From Fimicolochytrium jonesii (lineage: Eukaryota): a stretch of DNA of 64,000 bases. Both the position numbers and the translations under genes were made by a program. Below, piece by piece: positions 35,075-48,605 of this stretch. A model generated the notes under the pieces. It did no database searches. It was not told the DNA's origin and saw nothing but the letters and a program-made list of their open reading frames with translations. The stretch covers positions 1 through 64,000 of the forward strand of contig NW_026515698.1 in assembly GCF_025526975.1 (NCBI RefSeq). Reading direction: 5' to 3'. Position 1 is the first letter of the stretch. Each line of letters opens with the position of its first letter.

Positions 35075-38000
35075 TCACCCCTCTCTTTAGCGGCGGCAGC
35101 GGCGGCGTCGAGTTTGGTGTGGCCGCAGAGGAGGTGCTACCGGGACAGAGGAAGGCTTGTTGGGGTACGCGTTGTGGAAGTCCTGGAGGAGTGCGTCGGT
35201 ATGGGTGAGGTGTTCCACGGGCTCCCAGGTGTTCTCGGAGTCAGGCCAGCCCTGCCATTTGACCAAGTACTGAAGGCGACGATAATGGATGCGAGAGTCA
35301 AGGATGGCTTCGACAACCCACTCTTCTTGACCCTCAACGGTCTCTGGGGGCGCGGGTTTGGGTTCGTGTCGTTCGGGGATGGTGAAGCGGGGTTCGAGGA
35401 GCGAGACACGAAGACATCGTGGATTTTGTACGTAGGCGGGAGCTTGAGCCGGTAGGCTACGGAATTGATTTTTTCAACGATGGGGAATGGCCCAATCTTG
35501 CGATGGTCGAGTTTCTGAGAGGGCCGGGTTGTCTGGAGGTTTTTGCGGAGAAGCCAGACGTGGTCGCCAGGCTTGAAGTCCGGTCCAGGAATTCGTTTGG
35601 CGTCGGCGTAGCGCTTCATTTGATCTTGGGCTTCCTTGAGCTCGAGGGCCAGCTGTTCATGGACTTCCCTGATTTGTTTAGCGCGGGCTTCAGCGGCGGG
35701 GTTGACGGATTCGGAGGTAGCAGAGGCCGCAAAACTGAAGCGGGGGTGGAGACCTTTGTTGGCGTAGAAGGGGGTGGTCTGGGAGGCGGACTGGTGGGTG
35801 TTGTTGTAGGCGAACTCGGCGGACGACAGAAGCTGTTTCCAGTTGTCCTGTTGGTGGTTGCAAAAGCATCGGAGATACTGCTCCAGGATCTGGTTGGTGC
35901 GTTCCGTCTGGCCATCGCTCTGGGGGTGGAAGGCCGAGGAGAGATTGGCTTTTGCCCCAAGGAGTTCGAGAAGTCGACGCCAGAACCGGGACTTAAACTG
36001 GGGTCCTCGGTCAGAGATGACGTCGTCTGGGAGGCTGTGGAGACGGATGATGTTGTGGAAGACTAGGTCGGCGGTGGATTCGGCGGATTCTGACTCACTG
36101 CAGGCGATGAAGTGGGCCATCTTGGTGAGGCGACAGTTGACATTCAGGATGGAGTCGTACCCGTCCACGGGAGGCAGACCGGTGATAAAGCCCAGGGACC
36201 AGGATCCCCAAGGGCGTGTAAGGATAAGGTTGGGCTGGAGAAGATTGTACGGTGTGTGTCGACTGGATTTCGCTTGGCAACAGATATCGCAGGACTTGAC
36301 GTAGGCTTTTGGCGAAGCGCCACTGACTGGGCCACCAGTAGTTGCAGGAGACGAGTTCAAGGGTCTTGGCCATGCCAAAGTGACCAGCAAAGGGGCGTGT
36401 TGTGCATGTCGTGGCAGATTTGGGCCCTGAGGTCGTTCATAGGGACGTAGCCTAGATTCTGGTGCAGGAGGATGCCATCTTCTTTGGTGAAGTGCTTGAG
36501 TCGCCTTGATTCTCTTTGGTCGTTCCGCTGGGTTGGCCTGGAGCTGGGATTGGATGGTCTTGGCAAATGGATCGTTTACTAAGGTAGCGCGGATGCGATC
36601 GAGGAGGGGGGAACCCATCGGAGTCAGGTACGCGGCGGAGAGGTGAAGGCAATTTGGGGTCAGAGTTGGTGTTTCTTGGGAGTCGAAGGCGAAGGCTCTT
36701 TTGGTTCAAATTCCGACCAACGAGAGAGGGCGTCGGCCTGGTGGTGCAGGGTTCCGGGTTGGTAGGTGATGACGAAGTTGAAGTCGGCGAAGAACAAGGC
36801 CCAGCGGGACTGGCGACAATTCAGCTTACGGGTGGTCGCCTGGGAGCGGAATGCTTCTTCCCTCTCCTTTAGTTGATGTTCGGAGCGGCGGGAGAGGGCA
36901 TTGGCTTGGCGCTGCTGGGAGCCGGGACGATAGGTGATGACAAAGTTAAAATCCGAGAAGAATATGAACCAGGGGGCTTGGCGAGGCTTCAGGATGCGTG
37001 TGGTCATGAAGTATTGAAGGTTTTTGTGGTTGGAGTAAACGGTGATCGGGTGACGGGCGCCAATGAGATGGTGTCGCCACTGGGCAAAGGAGTCTTGAAT
37101 GGCCAGAAGTTCCTTGTCGTAGATTGCGTAGTTGATTTTTTCGGCCGTGAATATGCGGGAGTGGAAGGCAACAGGGTGGAGCTGATTGTCCTTGTCGGGT
37201 TGGAGGAGAACTGCCCCAAGAGCAAAGTCGGAGGCATCCGTTTCAACGACAGAAGGTTTTGCTGGGTCGGGGTGGGCAAGAATGGGAGCAGAGGTGAACG
37301 CGGCTTTGAGTTGGTTGAAGGTTGCATTGGTGGCGGGCGTCCATTGGAACAGGATGTCATTGCGGGGCAGAGATGTCAGGGGGGTGACGATACGGGAGTA
37401 GTGGTAGGTAACGCGTCGGTAGAAGTTGGCAAATCCTAGGAAGCGCTGGATGCCTTGGACATTGGTCGGAGGTTCCCACTCAGTAATAGCAGAGATCTTC
37501 TTGGGGTCCATAGCGATGTTTTCTTCGAGGTCGATCGGGCAGGCGTAAGGTGGGTCTTCCGGGAGAGTATCTGCATGCTTCTTCTCAAAGACATCAGCGA
37601 AGTCCTGGTATCCTTCGGGCAGGAGTTCCTTCAGGGTAGGCTTGGGGGCATCAGGCTTCTGGGTACTAGGCCTGGGCGAGGCATGGTCAGGGGCTGGAAT
37701 CTCGATGTTGTCTTGGGGGACCCCGATCAACGGGTTCCGTGCCTTGGGCTCAGGGCCAGGTGTCGTGGCAGGTAAGGGATCCCAGCGTGCGCAGCTGGCG
37801 GAGTCGCAATGGCAACAGAATCCCAGAGCGGGTCTTCCATTGCAGGTCCATATCATGTAACTCCAACCACGGCCGGCCCAGGATAATGGGAGCGTGCGGT
37901 GAGCGAGTGATGTGGAATGTGACTTCCTCGAAGTGGTCGTTAACCCACATTCCTAAGGGTTGGGTGTGATGAGTTATTTCACCAGCGCTGCTGGGACGGC

Positions 38001-39266
38001 CATCGACGAGTTCGAGCGTGAGCGGGATTTCCCGGGTGACCCGAGGGGTGCAATGTTCGCGAGCGTAGGCTTCCTCCATGAAACAGGATATCGCACAGAG
38101 GTCTGGGAGGGCGGAACGCTGGAGTGGGGCTTGGCGAGAGGAGATCTGGAGGGTGACTGGGTGTTCGAAGGGTGCTGAAGGTGCCAGGACTGGTAGTGCG
38201 AGCGGGTTGGTACTGGGTGACTCAAAGGTCTTGGTAGCTAGAAGTAGGGTGTTGCTGGTGGCTTGGAAACCGAGACAGGAGGCGGGCATTCCCTTTTGGG
38301 AACCCCGCGGAGACTGGGACAGGAGGCGAGCATTCCTTTGGGAACCTCGCGGACACTGGGACGGGAGGCGAGCGTTCTTTTGGGAACCTCGCGGAAAGAG
38401 ACCATGGGAGGGTGGCCCCCGCCGTTGCAATTGCTGCGTGGTGAGGTGGCCCAAGAAAACAGGGTACTGCGGATCGTAGGGAGGCGGTGGCTGGCTTCGC
38501 CGTTGCAGATGGTGCAGGGTAAGAAGGCCAGGGAAGTTGGGGTCGGGAAATGTCGGACGTGCGGAAGACGGAACGGAGGTGGAGGCTGTATTCAGCTGCC
38601 ACATGACAAGACGGGTGGCGTTGACAACGGTCCTTGAAGTGGTTGTTTGCCCACATGCCCTCGGGTAATGGGTGTGATGGGTTATTGAGATTCTTCAGGG
38701 TGTCGTCTTCGTGCCTGCGACTGGGATACGGGACTCGGATTGGGATGACCGGAAACAGGGGTGTCGAGCAGGAACGAGAGGGTTGGCTTCTTCCGTTGCA
38801 GTAGATGCTGAGGTGAGCAAGCCCAAGGAAAACACACGGGCAGAGCGGGTGGAGTGTTGAGGGTTCCAGGGTGTCGGAGGTGGGGTGTCGGGGTCCGGGG
38901 TTTAGTTACAGGGTGACCGGGTTACAGCAGGTGCCAAGCCGAGCTGGAGTTGGGTGCTAGGACGACTAGGGCTGGTTCAGGATGCTGAGGTTGCCTGGAC
39001 TTGCGCCGATCTTTGGCTCCAGAGCTTCAGGCGCAGGGTAGGTGACTTGGGGACGGGTGTACGCATCGGCTTGAGCCTGGGCGGCAATGTTCTGAGCAGC
39101 TTGTGCGTTGGCTTGGGCTTGGGCTACGTTGGGGTTGACTTTGGCACATATCATTCCATTGCTTTGGCGGTGAAAGGTACAGATTCGGATTGGGACATGG
39201 CGAACAGGTTTGGCAGATGCAAGGCTTGACGGGTTCTGAACTTCGCAGTGTTGGAGCAGATCAAAC
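35075..39266 (-). mobile_element. Decayed Ty3/gypsy chromovirus internal region (gag remnant, protease, RT with core deleted, RNase H, integrase, chromodomain)
   Basis: ETDASD, YDKELLAI, VISDRGPQF, HPQSDGQTERTNQ, GPF; chromodomain-like QYLVKW..TWEP after a frameshift; multiple frameshifts. Confidence 0.92.
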
Positions 39267-39809
39267 TGTTATGATCTCGACGACTGAGGCGGAAGCGAAG
39301 TAGAGAAGACAAGGCGAGAGTGATAGGCGGCAAGAGATTGTATTGGCGAAACAAGAAACAAGGACTAGAACAGGAGATGAGAAGAACTGGTGTTGATCTG
39401 CTGGGGGATCAGGAAGTGGGGAGCTCAGGGGAGGCGGCTATTTATGTTTTTCTGGGAAGGCTGGGGAAGCGTGGGGAAGCAGAAGGGTACGGAATGAGAG
39501 GGAAGCCAAGAGAAGCGCCAAGGGTGGGGAAGCATAGAAACAGAAGACTGGGGATGGGGTGGCTACGCTGAGGCTGTGGGCGGGTACGTGGGGAAGTATG
39601 GAGAAGGGTTTGTAAGCGCCGAGTGTTGGGAGGTGTGGCTACGTGCGGCTGCGTGGAGAAATGAAGGCAGTGGCAGGTGTGGGGTAGCGCGGCTGCGTGC
39701 GGCTGCGAGGTTTGGCAGATGTCAGGTTTTGACAGGGAATTGACATTGACTGACTGTTTGGGATGCTGTCATGAGGTAAGCGCATGGTATGGACGCGTCG
39801 TCCATAACA
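39267..39809 (-). mobile_element. LTR of a related subfamily (shared R-U5 and termini, different U3)
   Basis: TGTTATG...CATAACA; the first ~140 bp match the 34536 LTR, the middle does not. Confidence 0.9.
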
Positions 39810-40980
39810 GGTAGCAATCAGGGCCTGGTCATTCCAGGAGACATCGCATTGTAGCTGGCGGAACTCAGCGACGTACTCGGTTGCTGCACGGGTTTGGCGA
39901 AGGTTCTGGAGCTTGTTTTCAGAGGTGCGGACCCTGTCGCTGTCTCCGAAGACCGATTGCATCTGACTGATAAAACTATTGAAGTCCTGAAGGCTGTGAT
40001 CTTGGCGTTCGACTAGGGGCGCCATCCAGGCTTGCGCAGTGCCGGTGAGGTAGGTGCCAATAGTTTGGATCTTGATGATGTCGCTGGGGTAGCGGTCGGG
40101 CTGGAGAGCAAACATCAACCGGATGTTGTTCCACCACCCACGGAATTTGCTGCGGGTACCATCAAACTTCTGGGGCGAGCTGATTCTTGGCTCCAGAGCA
40201 GGGTTGGCGACTTGGGGACGGGTGTACGTATCGGCTTGAACCTGGGCGGCGATGCTCTGGGCAGCTTGTGCGTCGGCTTGGGCTTGCACTAGGTTGGCCT
40301 GCAAGTTGGCGTTTTGGCTTTGCAAGGCGGCGATGGCTTGGCACATATCGTTCCATTGCTTGGCGGTGAAAGGTACGGATTCGGGTTGGGACATGGCGAA
40401 AAAGGTTTGTCGGATGCAGGGCTGGACAGGTTCTGAACTTTGCAGTGTTGGAGCAGATCAAACTGTTATGATCTCGACGACGGGGCGGAAGCGAAGTAGG
40501 GAAGGCAGGGCGAGTGTGATAGGCGACCAGAGATTGTATTGGCGAAACAAGAAACAAGGACTAGAACAGGAGATGAGAAGAACTGGTGTTGATCTGCTGG
40601 GGAGGAAGGGAATGGACGAAGAGAGGCCAGCTATTTATAGATAGGCAACCCAGCAGATCAGAGAACAACAACAACAAGAGGGGACTGGGGGGGCGCCAGC
40701 TATGCTCCTAGAGCGTGCGTGGCGAGCGTAGAGAGCATTGCTACAGCTGCTGGCTATGGGGAAGTAGTGGGGGGTGTGGAGAAGCCGAGGGGGGATTGGC
40801 GAAATGAGAGGAGAGAGGAGGAGTGGCGATATTGCAAGAGGATTGACGAAATGAGAGGAGAGAGGGGGAGTGGCATTGACATTGTCATTGACACTGACAT
40901 TGACACTGACATTGACATTGACATTGGCGTTTGACATTTGGCGGTTGACATTGGCGGCTGTCAGTAGGTAAGCTTATGGT
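39810..40980 (-). mobile_element. Ty3 gag (truncated by the 39267 LTR) plus 5' LTR 40464-40980, near-identical to 34536-35052 but lacking its last ~22 bp
   Basis: PQKFDG..., YLTGTAQAW, L.Q...ATEY..EF retrotransposon gag; LTR alignment. Confidence 0.9.
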
Positions 40981-43900
40981 TTTGGGATGACCCCATCGTT
41001 TTGATGTCTTCAAGTACGTGTCCAGAGGTTGAATCTCATACTTGGCTGGTGCGGCGAGGAATTGGGCGCTTTTGGCAGATTCTGGGTCGAATATACGACA
41101 CCATACACTTCCATCATCGCAATTCTTCTCTTCTAATCGAGTAATTTGGCGGTACGGTCTTCCCAAAATCAAATCGTGACTGAGGGACTCGGAACTGACA
41201 AAACAGGCGGTCGAGCAACTGATGGATCCAATAGAAATCTTGACATCGTAGACGACACTATTAATTCGACTGGGTCTTCCATCCATATTCTTCAACGTCG
41301 TGTTTGCGGGAATGGTTGTTTCGATCGGGATGTTCAGTGCTTCGAATAAACGTAGTGACATTAGATTCACTTCGGCTCCGGAATCTGATAGTGCAACGAT
41401 CGAGTTCGAGTACTGGTTGATTTTAACGTTCGCGTGCGGACTGATTCCACTTAGAGTTGGGGTCTTATATTGTTCCATCGCAATTTGTCGAAACATCATC
41501 ACCTCTCCCTCATCCATCTCTTCAGACTGAATGTTGTACACATTTTTGAGGTACTGCTGAGGGCGTGCTGCATGTTGGATGGCGTTCACGTTGAACGACA
41601 TTTCGGCGATTCGTTCATCACAGGCTTTCTTCTGCTTTTCTCGATCACTTTGTTTCTTGATTCTTTCTTCATGCTGGTCGATTGGTACACGGTGTTGTCG
41701 TAGGTCGGATGCAACAGATTTTCGAAATTTGGGACTGAGCGTCATCAGTTCCGGGAAGGTAATGCCAATGTTGACGTTCTTGTAGAGTCTGCGTTTGATC
41801 GCGTCAACAGGATGATTGCCTTGGTCTGCAATGTCAGGATAAAACTTGAACTTTGGCTGTCTTCGTTTGGGTCGTTCTTCATTCGTCTTGGTCTCAGTAT
41901 CAGTCTCCATCAGCGTAACAGGTTGATCGTCAATTGGTCGGTCTCCAATCGGACGGCGTTTCTTTTTCTCTCCTGGTTTCAGGATATCTCTTCCAGCGAA
42001 TCTTTCTCGGACGGCTCGGGTAGGTAATTTTCTCTTTCGGCCGGTGTCATCTGCATCTTCCGTATCGGTTCCAGCTCTGGCGGGTGCTTGTCCACTTCGG
42101 GGTCGGTTTCTGTCATCTGGGTCAGCAACAGCAGGTCGTTTCGGATCGCGGGCTTGGGCAATAGTCGTATCGAAATGAATGGGATCATCCCAGTTCGTAA
42201 TGTTCCGAATCGTATAGGTCAAATCTTTGGCATGTTCTTCAAGATAATCTCGGATTTCGGATGAGCATTCGGATGTTTCACGGGTCTTTTTCTTATCATC
42301 GTTTCGCAACATGAACGAATTGATTGAATGACTGTAGGATCTCTGATTGGCGGAAGTGTTGCGGTTGCGGAGTACGGCAGCTTTGGAATCTTCGAAAACT
42401 TTCTTGATCCCTCCTCGTCCAATATTCAAAGGGATTTCTTGTCCGGGTACTCCACTCGTCATATTGTCAGGGTACGCAATTCGTCCTTGTCCGTTAAGAA
42501 CTAGCTCTCCTCGGTTCTGAACCTCGGAAAAGTCTCTGCAAAATCTGCGCTGGTGTCTTTCTTGATCGCAGTAAACGCATCGCAAGGGTCGCACATTCGC
42601 ATTGCCGGTGTTTGTTGAGCTACTGCCTTGCAAATCGTTTGCAGGCGGAAGTCGGGTCGCAGGAGTCAAGCTCTGCAGGATTCGGTTCTGGTTAGTCTGC
42701 AACTGTGCCATTCGTTTGGTCATTTCGCGTACTGCTCGGTCAAGTTTGCTCTCGGTCTGTTATACTTGTCCTTGTACGAAGTTCAGCTGGCCGCTAACAG
42801 TCGGGTTGGTAATACCGGGGATCATAAGAATCGGTTTCTGGACGGTCATAGATCGCACGTCGGAATCGGGTTGCTTAATAACTGTCGTAAGTTGAGAAAG
42901 CGCGGCATCTTCATTGGTTGCTTCGGTGATGGCTTCCATAATTCGGCTAACGGAGGGTAACTGAGTCGGTTGCAAGTGGTTCCACGCTCAGCACCGAGTC
43001 TTCTGGCTCGTTGGAGAACTCGTTTGTCGAAGCCGGGTTCATCTTTCCACGGGGTCAGAAGCAGATTGATCTTTTCTTTGTCGGCGACCCCATCGATTCT
43101 TGCATATCGATAGGCCATTTCGTTGATCAATTCAGCAACGTTGGCAGTGTTCTGTTTGACATGGTCTCGTCGACTGAGAGCCCATTGTTCGAGGTCGTTG
43201 AAGGTATGGCGAGTTTGAAACGCATCAAAGTGGAATATCACTTCTTCAGTAAATGTTGCCCAGGTTGGTTCTTGTCTCCATCGAGTATTTTCGGTTATGT
43301 CGAGCGATTGGAAACTAGGCATACTACGAAGCAGCGGTCGAATGCTTGGTTTCGAATACTGGATGAATGGCTGCATACATCGTTTGTGTTTCAATTCCAC
43401 GATTTGTCGTTCTCGGTGATTAGCAATAGCGGGATCTCGCGGGTTATACGGACTGCAAAGTGTGGTGTGCGGAGGGTTTAGGACAATGCTCGGGCACTCG
43501 GCGTCAGGTTCATATCCAGCGTCGTTAAGTGGAGCATAGAATAGGTCGATTTTCTCTTGTACATCTCTTCCATCGAAATCTATAGCTCCAGGTTGTCCTA
43601 TCATAGGTAAACCTTTCGAACTAGCAACTCAAAGTAGTACCGCAAACTGGTCGGCAGTCACAGTAAAAAAAGGGTTATTTGCCCCATAATTGGGAGGTGG
43701 GTTAGGCGGATTGTTCGGGTCCGGGTTCGGATCGGGATTTGGGTTGTCAGGCAGTGGATTAGCGTCGGCCATTTTGGCGAGAAAGTTGCTATTACTCCAA
43801 AAATGCGAAGGTGTTTAAAATAGACGGTCGAAGGTCGTCTCTAAAAACGAGTCGGTTGTTGGAGTACAAAAGTGCTGACGTCAAAGAGTGGCGCAGCAGG

Positions 43901-45240
43901 ATGCACGTGTGAAAACGCGCTTTGGCGTGTCGAAACAAGGGGTAGGCTGTCGAAAAGTCGGGCGGAGACGTGCTGTCGAGCTGTCGAAAAGCGGCTGTTT
44001 TTGGTAGATAGCGAGTCGAATAACCAGCGTATCGTTTTTCGTCGATTTTTATTGTACGGTAGGTACGAAGTCTATACAGATAAGCGGGTCGAAAGAAAGT
44101 CTGAGCGATAGAATCGCTTTTCGTCGAAGAAGAGGACTCCTGGTAAGGTCGCCAGTAAATGTGGTGGTGGCCGGCAGAAACGAGGGTCTGTCGAATACGG
44201 GGTTACGGTCGGGTCTCGGGAAAAATAAGCTGCCGGTCTCTCAATAGCACAAGAAGAGATCTCAAGTGAGAGCGTTGTCTTGCCACCTTAATATCCAGGT
44301 GCTTTGAAAGGAGTCCTTCTTCTAATATGGGGTCGGGATTTACGGGTACGGGTACGAAGTACAAAATCGGGAATATCTGTAGGTTTGACTACAAACCAAA
44401 ACAACGGGGTTATCCAATCTCACTCTCAGCTCTTCTTACAAGATTCCTGAACTATCAAGTCCTCGGCAACGTCAGCAAAGTACAAGTCACGACACTCGGG
44501 GTCGTCTTGTCTAAGCTCTCCGGGTCTATGAGCGCGCCTTGAAAGTCTATCTGAAACTGAAAGAAGTCGTCGGTAGTAGAGAAGTAGAAAGCTCTGTTGT
44601 TGATCGTGATCTGTGTTCTGCGTATTGTACAAAGGTCTGGGGAAAACAGGCGGGTTTTTATATGGATTTTTCTAGGCTATGGAATTTTGTCGAAGTCCAA
44701 ATTCTCTACTAGTCGTCTCTAGAGGATTTAGCTACGTCGGGGTCTTTTTCTCTTTTCCTGCGGCGGTCTATGTAGTTTTTCCTTTTTCCATTCGCAATTT
44801 TGGCGTTGATACAGTCTTATTGCTAAACTTTTCTCGGGGTTTTCTGCAACGTTCGGCATATACAGCCACCGGAAATTGGTTTTCTCGTTTCGCACGTGAT
44901 TTCTTCAGCGTTTCGGGCGTCGTGGGAGCTTCCGGTTGGTTGAGAGTCGGGTCGGGGGGTGCTTTCATGTGTGAGATCCTCTCCTACGCCTACATTTTTT
45001 GCATGACAGTCATATCCGAGGACAAAACGTCGTTGTGAAGCAAGGTTTTGGTAAAGGTAGCTGTATTTGGTAATCGCCGGAGTGTCGGGAACGCGAGTGT
45101 GTCGATTTATTGTCGGAAGTTTTGACGGTATTTTGACGTTGTCGTATAAAGGTGATTTCATTCGCTCGTCGAAGATTCTAGGCGTATAATCGGCGTCGGA
45201 ATATGATCGATTTTATGCGCAGTTCGAAGCGCAATACTAT
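40981..45240 (-). mobile_element. Second Ty3/gypsy family: partial 5' LTR (from 44160), tRNA-type PBS, gag-protease, truncated before RT
   Basis: CA end at 44160 followed by TGGCGACCTTACC on minus; CVYCDQERHQRRFC knuckle; ALSDSGAEVNLM and LILGRP protease. Confidence 0.8.
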
Positions 45241-45249
45241 AACGGGACC

Positions 45250-45800
45250 GTGCGCCCAATCCCGCGCCCAAAACCAGCGCAACGTCCATTTTTCAACGGA
45301 CATAAGCGAGTGCATGCGCTGAAATATCAGTCAGTTACCGCCCCCGACGGGTTGATCATTCATTTGAGCGGCCCATTTTTGGAGAAACGGCACGATGTGC
45401 GGATTCTGGCTGAGAGTGGCCTCGAGGAAGCAGTCCTGCAGCATCCCCCCTTCACCGAGCAGAAGTGCGTCATATATGGCGATCCAGCATATTCGCGGAA
45501 ATCCTGGCTGATATCAGGGTTCAAAGGGGCCGCGCTAACTCCCGCGCAAAGGGACTTCAATGCTCGCATGAGCTCTGTGCGGGTTTCCGCCGAGTGGGTT
45601 TTGGCAAGATCGTTCAGTTCTGGGCGTTTATCGACTTCAAGAAGAACGACAAGATTCTGTTGCAGCCCGTGGCGAAATACTATCTGGTGGCCGCCCTTCT
45701 TACCAACATCCACTCCTGTTTGTACAGAAGTTGCGCTGAGAGCTCCTTTTTAGTTGACCCCCCATCCGTAGAAGAATATTTGAGAACTGCTCATGAATGA
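45250..45800 (+). mobile_element. PIF/Harbinger DDE transposase, 5'-truncated and frameshifted (~45600)
   Basis: FNGHKRVHALKYQSV..PDG, RHD, IYGDPAY, FNARMSSVRVS.EW. Confidence 0.9.
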
Positions 45801-45802
45801 TA

Positions 45803-46663
45803 TTAAGTCAGTTTACTGATTAACAACTGTAATATCTGGTCCATTTGGTCACAGCGCCGGTGATCCACCGCAATCCGCTGCTGTTCCATTGCAAAGCGTC
45901 GATCATAGGCCTCCTTTCGTGACGCCGCATCCTCCTTCAACCATGCCTCAATGTCCCATTCACCTGTATCCCGTCGTGCACGCTGACGGGGGGCATCCGA
46001 GCCATCCACCGAGACACTGGCAGATCGAGAGCCCTGACGGTGTGCACTCAAGCCCTCCAGCGCTTCCAAACGCAGCTGCTCCCCCTGAGCCTCCTCCCTC
46101 GCCCGCCTCTCAGCATCTGCAGCCCGAGTGAGGTCCCCAGTATCAATCATCTCTGTTAAATCAGTGAGAAGCTGCTCGCGCTCACTGTATTCCTCGTTGG
46201 TACCAGACGCCCTCAGCGAGAGAAGGTCATCTGCGCGGTGGGCCTCAACCAGTGTTTTGCACCGCTCCCGTGCCCGCCGCTCATCAAAAATATCTGCCCC
46301 AACTGCGGTGTTGGCGTTGCAAGCCATCTGCATCCACGCCTCCGCTTTTGCTGCCCGTGGTTTGCCGTAAGGGAAGATTGCGATGGCCTCCTTCAAAAGA
46401 GCGATGTCGTGAACAGGACGAATGCTTGGGCGCTGGCGTCGCTTTGCTGAAGCAGCTGGTGTGAGTGGCAGGCTTTCTGCGTTGCTGTCTGTGTCGTTAC
46501 CGCCAAGCATTTCGAGATTGAGGTTGGGATTGGGAATCAGGATGGGAATGGGAATGAGATTGCGAGATGGGCTGCGACGATGCTGTAGACGATGCTTCTG
46601 TCTGCTCTGCTCATTGCAAGCTGCAGCGGGTTGTATAAACGGTACGACGAGGAGGAGTACCAA
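45803..46663 (-). mobile_element. Harbinger-associated Myb/SANT-like ORF, convergent with the transposase (true start uncertain)
   Basis: DIALLKE...PY...W..MA, RASGTNEEYSEREQLL, coiled-coil tail; typical partner ORF position. Confidence 0.8.
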
Positions 46664-46956
46664 AGTCCCGGGCTACTTGTTCTAAGGGCGAACTCGTTGT
46701 CGTTGCGGGTTGTATAAACTGTCTATTTTTGGTTCCATCCCTTCCGCTGCTGCATCCCCACAGTTCTGCGGTAATAAGATTTCTGTTTCACAGCCCTTCC
46801 CCCGCACGAAATGACCCGCCCCGAAGGCGGGGGGCGCCAGCCCTCGTACAATAGAAAGGAAGTACGAAAGGATACAATACAAAGGAAGTTCGAAAATAGG
46901 AGGTTTCCCCGACATCACTCACACGCTTTCCCATCACCCACTCAAGCAACTCCGCA

Positions 46957-47702
46957 ATGTCAACAGAGAAAGACTTAGCGAAAACCGGTAGTTCCGAGCA
47001 TGAGAACGTGAAGAAGCACAAAGAGAAAGCCAAGGGGCAGGCTGTTTTCCCGATTGACCACTGGCGCCCGATTTTGAACTATTTACCATTCAAAACGCTC
47101 ATCACATTCCGAGCGGTATCACGTGCTTGCTCGGCAGAGGCTAACATGGTTCTGGAGAAGCAGTTCGGATGGCAGGCTGGATACCGCCTAAGTCCTATAG
47201 CGATATTTCTTGCCGAGGAAGGAATTCTGAAGCTACATCCTGGGAAGATGAGGAGTTTGATGAATCTCTATAAGGTATGTATTGTGCAACGTCTTTTCCT
47301 TGGGTGCTACCTTTAACATTATGGCAGACCCCTGTAGTAGTGCGAAAAAAGAAAAGCCCTTTGTTGAAAGAGTTTCACTGGAACCAAAACTGTCCCAAGA
47401 TGTATTCGACATCGGCCCGCGGGCAGCGACTGCCATCTGTGGAGATGAGTCTGTATAAAGCCAGAGAGCGGGGCTTCACATCTTGTGAGGACCCATGTCG
47501 CGGTAGCGAGTTTTATGAGGCTGGACTCCAAAGTTTGGAATATGACTGCCGGCGTTGCTCTGAAGGCATGGTTGCTTTAACCACGTCGCCAGGTGAGCAG
47601 TCGAGTTCGCAAACGCCATTGCGTGGACAGCCCTCATTGCGGAATGAACCATTGCAGCCTCCTATTACAAGTGCTTATGTTGGGAGTGCACCCGAAGCCT
47701 GA
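46957..47702 (+). CDS. F-box-like protein; intron ~47275-47337
   Basis: FPIDHWRPILNYLPFKTLITFRAVSRAC matches the F-box pattern; AATAAA downstream. Confidence 0.6.
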
Positions 47703-48605
47703 CCAGTGGAGTTTTAAAATGCGACAGGCCCGATTGTGACGGGCCAATAAAAGAATCAATACTCCCTGTGCTTCTTACAGGTAAGGCAAAGGGGCTCATT
47801 TTTCCCAGATGTGTTTCCTTCAAGTAACTCCGTCACTCACTATCACATATAGGATATCAATGGGAATGCAGCAAGTGCCGAAAATGTTTCCCGACAAACA
47901 CGGACACCACTTGCAAATATGGATTACCCACCAATTTGTGCGACATGTGGTGTACAAACATACGTCGGGACGCGAGCGACGAGCAGCGGAGGTGCAACCA
48001 CCGCTAACCCGACGTCCGAGCATCATTTTTACAAACGGCACCATGTGCAATACCACGTTTGGTGCGGGTTACCCCGTGACATTCACGTTCCGTATGGTGC
48101 CATTCCTATCTGAGATCTCACTCTATTTCACTCCACGCTTCTCAGCAAGTCACGAGTTGGAGGGGGTTGTTTGGTCCGGTTCTCTTGGTTTACGCAGTGA
48201 GGTTTCGAAAGTTCAAAGAAGGCAAGATGTTATAACGGGCATATGTGCTTCGATTAGTGGTTGTAGTTGTATCTTTCCTAGCATTAGTTCTATATTGCTT
48301 TCCGCAACCCCTACGATGGCCTGTAAATATGCACAAATGTTCGCATCTGGCTGCGATCTGTGCAGCAGCTCGCCTCCATTTGCGATTGCCATCAGTCATA
48401 GCCATCAGTCACAAACCGTCGTATTGTTGAGTCGCGACGGGTTAGGGTCAAGGTGGTCGCGACGTAGTAACTTCTGTGGGTCGAGAGTTTATCGATAAAC
48501 GTGTTGCTATAAGAACCACTGCTGCGGCTGTACCGCCGTAAGAGGCAGATCAGTAACAGCGACAGTGGAGTAACCGTAAGATAGCCCTACTGACGTTTCT
48601 GGAAG

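Noticed and set aside
34531..39814. Intact LTR element with target-site duplication
   Set aside because: Flanks attac and ggtag differ, and the two LTRs have different U3 regions.
40885..40980. CQCQCQ tail on the 612-aa gag-protease ORF
   Set aside because: Read-through into the LTR microsatellite.
47809..48498. 229-aa ORF and an overlapping short hydrophobic ORF
   Set aside because: No domain signal; not distinguishable from chance.
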